Assembly: GCA_043228905.1 (NCBI GenBank)
Contig: JBHGNT010000009.1
Location: 6,200,001 to 6,264,000, forward strand
DNA length: 64,000 bases
DNA from: Azolla caroliniana
Lineage: Eukaryota; Plantae; Polypodiophyta
Direction: 5' to 3'
The notes beneath the pieces are model-generated. The model was given only the letters and a program-made list of their open reading frames with translations, had not been told where the DNA came from and did not search any database. Below are positions 1-8,305 of the stretch, in pieces. Made by a program: the position numbers and the translations under genes. Position 1 is the first letter of the stretch, and every line of letters begins with the position of its first letter.

Positions 1-380
1 CCCATCGTGCCTTACGACCTTTCAGGTCTTGTTGGTCACAAAAATATTTCAAGGACTCGTGGTCCGTAGTTACCACAAAGCGATTTCCATAAAGATAATG
101 GCGCCATGTTTTGAGCGCATGTATAACCGCAAATAATTCCTTTTCTTGAACGGTATACCGACATTGAGCAGAATCAAGTTTCTTACTCTCGAATGCTATT
201 GGTTTACCATCTTGATACAAGACAGCACCTATAGCATAATCGCTTGCGTCGGTTTCAACCTCAAAAGGTTTTGAAGGATCGGGTAAAAGAAGTGAAGGAG
301 CCTTGCATACCAAGTCCTTGAGTTCCTTAAAGGCGAGGTCTAGTGTAGCATTCCACACAATAGGTTTTGTAGACTTACGC
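1..380 (-). pseudogene. Ty3/gypsy (chromovirus-type) pol fragment, RT connection/RNase H; host of the element inserted at 381
   Basis: Manual translation of the minus strand (379 down to 2) is open: ...LLPDPSKPFEVETDASDYAIGAVLYQDGKPIAFESKKLDSAQCRYTVQEKELFAVIHALKTWRHYLYG...TDHESLKYF...RKARW. It runs off the window, so it is absent from the ORF track. Confidence 0.9.
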
Positions 381-1222
381 TGTCGTAGTGTAGGTTGCAC
401 ACTATGTGGAAATTATATTTTTGTCCCTCCGGATAGAGAATGGAGTGCTCGGTGAGAACCGGAAGAAAACGGCATACCGGCAAGGAGGAAAACGGCATAC
501 CGGCAAGGGGGAAAAACGGCATACCGGCAAGGAAGAAAACGGCATACCGGCAAGGAAGAGCCGGATAAAGAGACATAAATGTAAAAAAAAGAAAATACTC
601 ACTACTGCGCAGGGCGTGATTCGAACTCTGCACCTCCACGTTGACAAACCCCAACCTTACCATTACATTAAATTATCTTAAGTGTTTTAAATATAGATTT
701 AATATGTATAAGACCTTTATTTATGCATACCTTTATTAAAAGGTAAATCGTGTATTTCTTTAATATATGAAAAAGAAAAAACATGAGACACTAAAAAATA
801 ACTCATGCACATCTAGCGTGCATGAGCCCTATACTTAGGAAATAAATAAATAAATAAATAAATAAGCATCACATGCACATTTAGTGTGCATGAACATATG
901 AGAAAAAGCATGTAGCTATGCTTAGTCTCTCCCATCACTATATAAGGATGGGGAGCACATTGTAGTTGTTGTTGATTATTTGGATTAAGTATTAATCAAT
1001 ACAAAAATTATTCGTGGGATTCACGATTTATACATCTACTTCTCTCTTAACACCCTAAGTACCAATTAATATAGTATACTCGTGTGATTCACGAGTTTCT
1101 TATCTTTCTCTTTGCTATTTACTCATAATTAATCTCTATCTCACGAACTTCTTTCTCCTAGTCCAAGACCTCTGTGGTTCCCACCCGACTCACGCAACGA
1201 TCCGGAGCCGAAAGGCACGACA
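381..1222 (+). repeat. 5' LTR of Gypsy-W A
   Basis: TGTCGT...ACGACA termini; repeated from 6890. Contains 4 copies of a ~23-bp unit (AAAACGGCATACCGGCAAGG core), (AAAT)n, and TATAAG near 940. Confidence 0.92.
605..677 (-). other. tRNA-like A-box/B-box cassette inside the LTR (second copy ~7137-7209)
   Basis: Minus strand reads TAATGTAATGG (A-like, 670-660) ... GAGGTGCAG AGTTCGAATCA (B-like, 627-617); box starts are 43 nt apart. Cloverleaf stems are degenerate, so it is not a functional tRNA. Confidence 0.55.
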
Positions 1223-1226
1223 CAGT

Positions 1227-1244
1227 TGGTGAACCCGACGTGAA
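1227..1244 (+). promoter_or_regulatory. Primer-binding site complementary to the tRNA-Trp 3' end
   Basis: TGGTGAACCCGACGTGAA, 4 nt after the LTR; the reverse complement of the plant tRNA-Trp 3' end TTCACGTCGGGTTCACCA as recalled. Confidence 0.85.
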
Positions 1245-1260
1245 GACGGGTGGCAAGGAG

Positions 1261-3300
1261 ATGGAGGCTCAACAAGCTAACAATATGATGGCGATGTTCG
1301 AACGGATGCTTCAAGAACAACGCACGATGTCGGAGATTTCGGCATCAGTAGAGCGGCTCGTGCAACGCAACGGGCAATTTAATGGTAAGGATGTGTCGCG
1401 ATATTTGCAGGACTACAAGGCGGAGATGCTCCGGTGCCGGGCTTCGGAAGGACTGCAAGTGACATCCTTTAACCGGGTGGCGACCGACGGGCTTCAAGGG
1501 AGTATCCACGGGTTGCAACAACAAAATCCGACGTGGGAAGCATTCGAAGAGGCGTTAAAGACCACGTTTGCCATCGAGGACTCCTCCAAGGCAACGCGGA
1601 GGGGATTCGAGGATTGGGTGGAAACGTCAGGTAAGGGGCTGAAGGTCCTCGAAGTGTTTTCGACATTCGAAAGTCGGTTCGGGAGGTTGTCCGCGAGAGA
1701 TCAAACTATTCTTGCGCCGGACAAAGTCATCATGTTTTTGCGAGCTGTGGACGTCCGGGACCGGAAAGATCTCGGAGTGCTTCTTGAGGACACGACCACC
1801 GAAAGCGGCCTCACCGAAACATGGGAAAGCGTGCAGGATATCGTCGCGCGGTACACGAAGAGGGGGCAATGGCTTGCCAACGAAGAAAAGAGGGTTTCGG
1901 AACCGATTCCGAAACCGAGAACGGGACTGGAAGACCATCAACCGAGGGCTCGGGAGATTACGGCCGAGAAGGGAGTCGACGCGTCTACGGTGGAGCAGCT
2001 GCTGAAGGAGATGGAGAATCTAAAGATCGCGATCGTGAAGAAGTCGGATGACCGCCCCACAAGCTCCAAATATACGGATCGACGGTGCATATGGTGCGAT
2101 AGCGCCGAACACGATCGGAGGGATTGCGACGACCATAAGGAGGCGCTACGACAGGATCTCATCTACTACGAGGGAAACCGGATTCATTCGATGGACTCTC
2201 GGAAGCCACTCCGACCGAACTTCCAGAAAGGCGGCATGAAGAAGGTGCTCGAGGAGGAGTTAGCGGCAAGAAGCAACTATGCGACAACCGCGGGAATATG
2301 TGTCGGGGAGTCAACGGGAGCGAAGGCGTCTTTCTGGCCGGAGGTGCTAAGAAACACCGAGAAAACCGACTCCAACGATATCTGAAACACCGCGGAAGGC
2401 GTCCGGGAAGCTACGGGATGGGAATGCCCTGTCGATAAGAATAGCATATACGCCCTGTGTCAATTACATGAGGTGTATGTGGACGAGAAACGACGGCGCA
2501 CGGAGGATGCGGCCGGACCATCGAAGATACCGGAAAGCTGGAACTCCGGAGGTAAGGGAAAAGAAAAGGCGACTCCGGCATTCAAGCTCGCCTCGGACAT
2601 AGAACAACAAACCGACTTGAAAAGAGTGTTCGAGGAAAGAATCTTGGATAGCCGGGTAGATTTTTCGCTGCGGGAACTACTCGGAATAGCGAAGAAGGAG
2701 TTTCACGATCTTCTCGTGGATCTCGTGAAAAGGAAGAGACAAAGTACGGAGGAAAATGCTCCAAGGGTGAATGCAAATACCGTTTCAATGAACGACACCG
2801 AAGTGGAAGGCGAAATTCCGAACTCCCACTATACAAGGCCACACTGGGCACGTGCGACTACGGAGACTCCGGTCCGAATCGGCAACATCAAAGAACCCGT
2901 GCTAGCATTGATTGATCACGGATCGGAGATCAACTTGATGTCCAAGGAGTTCTACCGAAAGGGGAAGTGGCCTATAAACACCAACCATGGATGGAAGATT
3001 CGGGCAGCCACGAAAACGACAGAAGACCTATTTGCGGCTTGTCCGGATGTGACGGTAAAGATCGGGGATGTCGAAATTGACCAAAATTTCTTTGTGCAGG
3101 ATGAGGTTTCACATTCTGTCATCCTCGGCCAACCCTTTATCACGGCTTCACGGATGGAGACGAAGGTGCTCGATAGTGGTGCGGCTTTTGCGCGAATTCG
3201 GAGCCAAAACGGAGGGAAATCCGTCCAATTCCTAACAGTGCCGGCAAATCACGAAAGGAACAAGAGGGAACTCTTGTCCCAAGTGAGAATGGATTTTTAA
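1261..3300 (+). pseudogene. gag: gag-protease ORF of Gypsy-W A, with one in-frame TGA at 2383-2385
   Basis: ORFs 1174-2385 and 2473-3300 share a frame. Zn knuckle CIWCDSAEHDRRDC; protease motifs LIDHGSEINL and ILGQPF. Confidence 0.85.
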
Positions 3301-6300
3301 AGCGGACTGTTGCGGAGTGGGGAAGTGATAGTCCGAGAAGCCCTGATACCCCACACAGGAAGAAAACTCTCGGAGCAAAACAAGTACGAATCGGCCCGGA
3401 TGGGGCATCTACGTACACGGCCGTAACCGGAGGAATGAAGAAACAATACCGACAAGTGGAGGATAAGTTACGGTCGGCATCAATAATAAAAGAAGACGAA
3501 GAAATCGTGGGAGTGATCGAGGAAGTGTTCTATGGGAATACACTACAACGGCTTGAAGAGCTTGCGGAAGATAAAAGCCTAGGGAACCGGGTAGTCCCGG
3601 TGGAATCGGTCGAGATGTACGAGATCGTTGCGAAAATGGGGCCGGATGCGCTCCGCAAAGAAGAAGCAATGGTAAGTACGAAATACAAGACCGTGGAGAA
3701 GAAGGTGAAACCGGCCGCGGGACCACTACCCGCCGATAGCGAACAAAAGAAGAAAGAAGTCTCGGGAGATCCGACACTTCGGAAGTCCGTGGATATCGGA
3801 CATGCCTTCACAGATGAGACCCGGAAGAAACTTCGGATCGGTGGAGGTGGGTTCCTCTTACAAAAAGAAGAAAAACGGTTTCGAGAGATGTTGGAGCAAC
3901 ATGGCAAAGCATTCGCGTTCACATCGAGGGAGATCGGATGCATTGATCCAAAGATAGTGGAGCCGATGGTGATTTTCACGATTGATCATGTACCGTGGAA
4001 CCTGAAGCCGATTCCGGTGCCACGGGCGCATATTCCGAAAGTCATCGACTTGCTCAAGGAGAAGGTGGCGATGGGGATTCTAGAGCCATCAAGTGCTCCG
4101 TACTCAAATCGATGGTTTACGGTTCCGAAGAAGAATGGGTCACTCCGATTCATCCAAGACTTGCAACCGGTGAACAAGGTCACGATCCGGAACTCGGGAG
4201 TCGGTCCGATAGTGGACGAATTCGCAGAAGCTTTTGCCGGACGTGCGATATACTCCATCGGGGACCTATACTCGGGGTATGATCAATTCCAACTAGCCGT
4301 GGAGAGCCGAGACATCACTACCATGCGGACACCGATAGAACTAGTTCGAATGTGCACACTACCACAAGGAGCGACAAACTCGGTTGCACATATGATGAAC
4401 GCGATGAACAAGGTGCTTCGAGATTGCATCCCGGAGATAACGATGCCGTTTCTAGATGACATTCCGATGAAAGGATGCGCGGTGGAAGCAAAAGATGAGA
4501 CTATGGATGATCGGGGATGCCGAAAGTTCGTGGTCGACCATATTCATGATTGCGAGAAAGTGTTGCGAAAACTAGAAGATGTGCACCTAACACTTTCCGG
4601 GGAGAAATCGGCATTCGGGCAAGAAGAAATATTGGTGGTCGGACATCTATGTGGACCCTACGGCCGAAGACCGTCACCAACAAAGATCGATGCGATTCAA
4701 GCTATGAAGGAAGTATGTGAGTCAACATCGGAAGTCCGAAGGTTTCTGGGTGCGTGTGCATTCTATCACATATGGATTCCGCACTATGCACATATAGCGG
4801 ACCCGCTCTATCACTTGTTGCGGAAAGGTAAGAAATTCGAGTGGAAACCGGAACACACTAAAGCCATGAGGAAGCTCAAGAAGACACTATGGAGGGCGGA
4901 ATCACTTAAGAAGCCAAGCTACGAGCGACCAATCATAGTAACGGTTGATACAAGTCCAACCGGTATCGGGTGGGTCATCAATCAAGCCGACTCGGATGGT
5001 TCGCAGTATCCGATCCGATTTGGAGCAAAGGTCCTCAACGAAAGGCAACGCGGATATGCACAAGTCAAAAGAGAATTGTGGGGAGTCGTGTCGGCGATAA
5101 AATCGGATCGGGATTATTTGATCGGAGCTGAAGTGGTGATCGAGACGGATTGTCTTCCGATACTCGGGATGATGCGGTGTTGTACGATACCGGATGTGGC
5201 TATGCTAAGGTGGGTTGCATATGTCAAGTCACTTAATCCGGAGGTTCGACACATCTCGGGGAAGGACAACGCGGTAGCGGACATGTTATCGAGGGCGCGG
5301 TTTGAAGACGACATAACCGAATCAGATAATGAAGAAGTTTCCGAAGACTACTTCACGTCAGAACACATATGCCGAGTGAACGTGATCCGAGAATTCCGGG
5401 AAGAAGAATACGAGGGGGAAACCTTGATGATCGGGAAGATGCTACAAGAGGTCGAGGATTCAACCAATGATAAAGAAAGGAGAGCCGAGATCCGAAGGAA
5501 GAAGAGGCAAGTCCAAAAGTTCTTCTTGGAAAACGGTTTAATATGGAGGACGCCGAAAAGACCGGATGGGATACCACTTCGAGTAGTCGGGACGAAAGAG
5601 CAACGAAACCGGATAATGTCCGAGTTCCACGAATCCGATTGGGCTGGACATCGAGGAACATGGGCAACTTTTGTGAAAATCAAGCAAAGATATTGGTGGA
5701 AGAACATGTATAAAGATGTCGCGGAGTTCACAGAAAGCTGCGAGAAATGTCAAGTCTACTCCGGGGTCCGACACCGAGATGAGCTGCATCCGACATTCTC
5801 ACCGACAATCAACTTCAAGTGGATGGTCGACATTGTAGCTATGCCGACCGGGATTGGACAAAAGAAATACTTGGTGTTAGCTCGAGAAGATCTCACAAAC
5901 CAAGTTGAAGGTCGAGCGCTTCGGAGGAAAACGTGTGCCGCGGTGTGCCAATTTCTTTTGGAAGAAGTGTTTTGTAGGTACGGCTGCGTAGGACAAGTGA
6001 TTGCGGACCGGGGAGAACTCGACTCGGACAAAGCTAGGGGATTCTTCGCCAAACATGGAGTTCGGTTAACGTTGACAACGGCCTACAATCCGGAGGCCAA
6101 CGGGAAGATCGAACGAGGACATAGTCCGATCGTGAAAGCACTTGCGAAGGCATGCGACGGAAGGGTGAAGGATTGGCCACAAATGCTTCCGTATGCACTA
6201 TGGGCGGATCGGACGACGCATAGCTCCGTGACCGGTTACATGCCGGTAGAACTCATGACCGGACAAGCACCGGTAATGCCAACGGAAACCGCAATCGCGA

Positions 6301-6902
6301 CATGGACAATACTACCGTGGAAGGAAGAGATGAGCCGGGAAGAACTACTAGCGGTCCGGATACGACAACTGGAGGGAAGACCGAAAGATGTAGCGGAAGC
6401 GTCACGCCGACAACAAGAAGCACGGTTCCAAAACAAAAGCCGGTTCGACACAAAGCACCGACTACGACCGAGGAGGATTGAAGAAGGAGATTGGGTGATC
6501 GTCTATGATAGTAGCTTGGACCATCAACATACAACGATGCGGAAATTCGCGAAAAGGTGGTTCGGGCTGTACGAGGTTCGGAAGGTCTTCGACAACGGGA
6601 CGTACCGACTGTCCGAGTTGGATGGAACAATACTACGAGTGCCTATAGCCGGGAAGCGGGTGAAGATTTTCAAGAAGCGGACCGACGACAAACCTCATGT
6701 GATCCAAGTCGAGGCCGACAACGAGGAGCAATCGGACGAAGACCACAATGATGCGGGAAGCGAAGAAAGTGGATTACAACTCATAGTCGACATAAGGGGA
6801 GAATCGGAGGAAGCTTCGGATGAAGACGGATACGAAGAATCAAGAACTTCGGCACATACCGGAGGATGTGCGGGTTTGGAGGGGGCGAGTGTCGTAGTGT
6901 AG
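3297..6902 (+). CDS. pol: pol (RT-RNase H-integrase) of Gypsy-W A, in the -1 frame relative to gag
   Basis: DLYSGYDQ, LPQGATNS, FLDD, RNase H DTS...E...D, integrase HHCC and DDE, acidic tail. The frame is open back to the gag stop region and ends inside the 3' LTR. Confidence 0.92.
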   Translation, partial: LKRTVAEWGSDSPRSPDTPHRKKTLGAKQVRIGPDGASTYTAVTGGMKKQYRQVEDKLRSASIIKEDEEIVGVIEEVFYGNTLQRLEELAEDKSLGNRVVPVESVEMYEIVAKMGPDALRKEEAMVSTKYKTVEKKVKPAAGPLPADSEQKKKEVSGDPTLRKSVDIGHAFTDETRKKLRIGGGGFLLQKEEKRFREMLEQHGKAFAFTSREIGCIDPKIVEPMVIFTIDHVPWNLKPIPVPRAHIPKVIDLLKEKVAMGILEPSSAPYSNRWFTVPKKNGSLRFIQDLQPVNKVTIRNSGVGPIVDEFAEAFAGRAIYSIGDLYSGYDQFQLAVESRDITTMRTPIELVRMCTLPQGATNSVAHMMNAMNKVLRDCIPEITMPFLDDIPMKGCAVEAKDETMDDRGCRKFVVDHIHDCEKVLRKLEDVHLTLSGEKSAFGQEEILVVGHLCGPYGRRPSPTKIDAIQAMKEVCESTSEVRRFLGACAFYHIWIPHYAHIADPLYHLLRKGKKFEWKPEHTKAMRKLKKTLWRAESLKKPSYERPIIVTVDTSPTGIGWVINQADSDGSQYPIRFGAKVLNERQRGYAQVKRELWGVVSAIKSDRDYLIGAEVVIETDCLPILGMMRCCTIPDVAMLRWVAYVKSLNPEVRHISGKDNAVADMLSRARFEDDITESDNEEVSEDYFTSEHICRVNVIREFREEEYEGETLMIGKMLQEVEDSTNDKERRAEIRRKKRQVQKFFLENGLIWRTPKRPDGIPLRVVGTKEQRNRIMSEFHESDWAGHRGTWATFVKIKQRYWWKNMYKDVAEFTESCEKCQVYSGVRHRDELHPTFSPTINFKWMVDIVAMPTGIGQKKYLVLAREDLTNQVEGRALRRKTCAAVCQFLLEEVFCRYGCVGQVIADRGELDSDKARGFFAKHGVRLTLTTAYNPEANGKIERGHSPIVKALAKACDGRVKDWPQMLPYALWADRTTHSSVTGYMPVELMTGQAPVMPTETAIATWTILPWKEEMSREELLAVRIRQLEGRPKDVAEASRRQQEARFQNKSRFDTKHRLRPRRIEEGDWVIVYDSSLDHQHTTMRKFAKRWFGLYEVRKVFDNGTYRLSELDGTILRVPIAGKRVKIFKKRTDDKPHVIQVEADNEEQSDEDHNDAGSEESGLQLIVDIRGESEEASDEDGYEESRTSAHTGGCAGLEGASVVV

Positions 6903-7709
6903 GTTGCACACTATGTGGAAATTATATTTTTGTCCCTCCGGATAGAGAATGGAGTGCTCGGTGACAACCGGAAGAAAACGGCATACCGGCAAGGAGGAAA
7001 ACGGCATACCGGCAAGGGGGAAAAACGGCATACCGGCAAGGAGGAAAACGGCATACCGGCAAGGAAGAAAACGGCATACCGGCAAGGAAGAGCCGGATAA
7101 AGAGACATAAATGTAAAAAAAAGAAAATACTCACTACTGCGCAGGGCGTGATTCGAACTCTGCACCTCCACGTTGACAAACCCCAACCTTACCATTACAT
7201 TAAATTATCTTAAGTGTTTTAAATATAGATTTAATATGTATAAGACCTTTATTTATGCATACCTTTATTAAAAGGTAAATCGTGTATTTCTTTAATATAT
7301 GAAAAAGAAAAAACATGAGACACTAAAAAATAACTCATGCACATCTAGCGTGCATGAGCCCTATACTTAGGAAATAAATAAATAAATAAATAAATAAGCA
7401 TCACATGCACATTTAGTGTGCATGAACATATGAGAAAAAGCATGTAGTTATGCTTAGTCTCTCCCATCACTATATAAGGATGGGGAGCACATTGTAGTTG
7501 TTGTTGATTATTTGGATTAAGTATTAATCAATACAAAAATTATTCGTGGGATTCACGATTTATACATCTACTTCTCTCTTAACACCCTAAGTACCAATTA
7601 ATATAGTATACTCGTGTGATTCACGAGTTTCTTATCTTTCTCTCTTGCTATTTACTCATAATTAATCTCTATCTCACGAACTTCTTTCTCCTAGTCCAAG
7701 ACCTCTGTA
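6890..7709 (+). repeat. 3' LTR of Gypsy-W A (truncated by gap)
   Basis: Copy of 381-~1175 with few substitutions; carries 5 rather than 4 copies of the 23-bp unit. Confidence 0.92.
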
Positions 7710-7809
7710 NNNNNNNNNNNNNNNNNNNNNNNNNNNNNNNNNNNNNNNNNNNNNNNNNNNNNNNNNNNNNNNNNNNNNNNNNNNNNNNNNNNNNNNNNNN
7801 NNNNNNNNN
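7710..7809. other. Assembly gap (100 N)
   Basis: Run of N. Confidence 0.99.
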
Positions 7810-8305
7810 AATCCGGATGCGGGGACATATTTGTGAATATGTTTGCCAAGGGCCCTTGAGGCTATATTTGTAAATAGCCCGAAAGTCATATGTGTATAAA
7901 TATGACTTAGGGCAAACAGTTTTATGTTGCTACTCAATTTTTGTTTTCCCACTCAAGAGGAGTGAAGAGAGAGCAGCCATGAGAGAGAGAGAGCGTGAGA
8001 GAGGAAGAGGTCGACGCCTCTGTGTAATACCGCTGCCTGTGGCGAGGACAGCGAGCTCAAGGTCGTCGCCTTGCAGCTCGCCATTGTATATTTCTCTGTG
8101 CATAGTCTTGGTTTGGAGTCTTGCACTCCCGTGGTTTTTCCCGTATAGGGTTTTCCACGTTAATCCCTGTGTTACCGTGTCTTTCTCTGTGTTTCCTATT
8201 TCTGCTGCATTGATTCGTGATTTCTCGGTTGTGGCCGAACGGGTGAAGACAAAACGGAGAGTTGATTCACAACAAAGTGGTATCAGAGCGACGACAGTGC
8301 AGAAA

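Larger units (their letters stand above)
381..7709 (+). mobile_element. Ty3/gypsy LTR retrotransposon 'Gypsy-W A', non-chromoviral, tRNA-Trp primed (Phygy-like lineage, tentative); 3' LTR cut by the assembly gap
   Basis: Two near-identical LTRs starting TGTCGT, PBS, gag-PR, RT-RH-INT order, PPT GGAGGGGGCGAG at 6878-6889; no chromodomain. Confidence 0.93.

Noticed and set aside
605-677. Functional tRNA genes in LTRs (also 38755-38826 and 61071-61137)
   Set aside because: Acceptor and T stems do not pair properly; only box motifs and spacing remain. Reported as tRNA-like, not as tRNA.
340-681. Short ORFs in LTRs (also 6840-7195, 7892-8305, 12671-13053)
   Set aside because: Arise from tandem repeats and microsatellites in LTRs; no coding signature.
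2383-2385. Programmed stop-codon readthrough in gag
   Set aside because: The homologous region of Gypsy-W B is open, and a CGA>TGA mutation is the simpler explanation.
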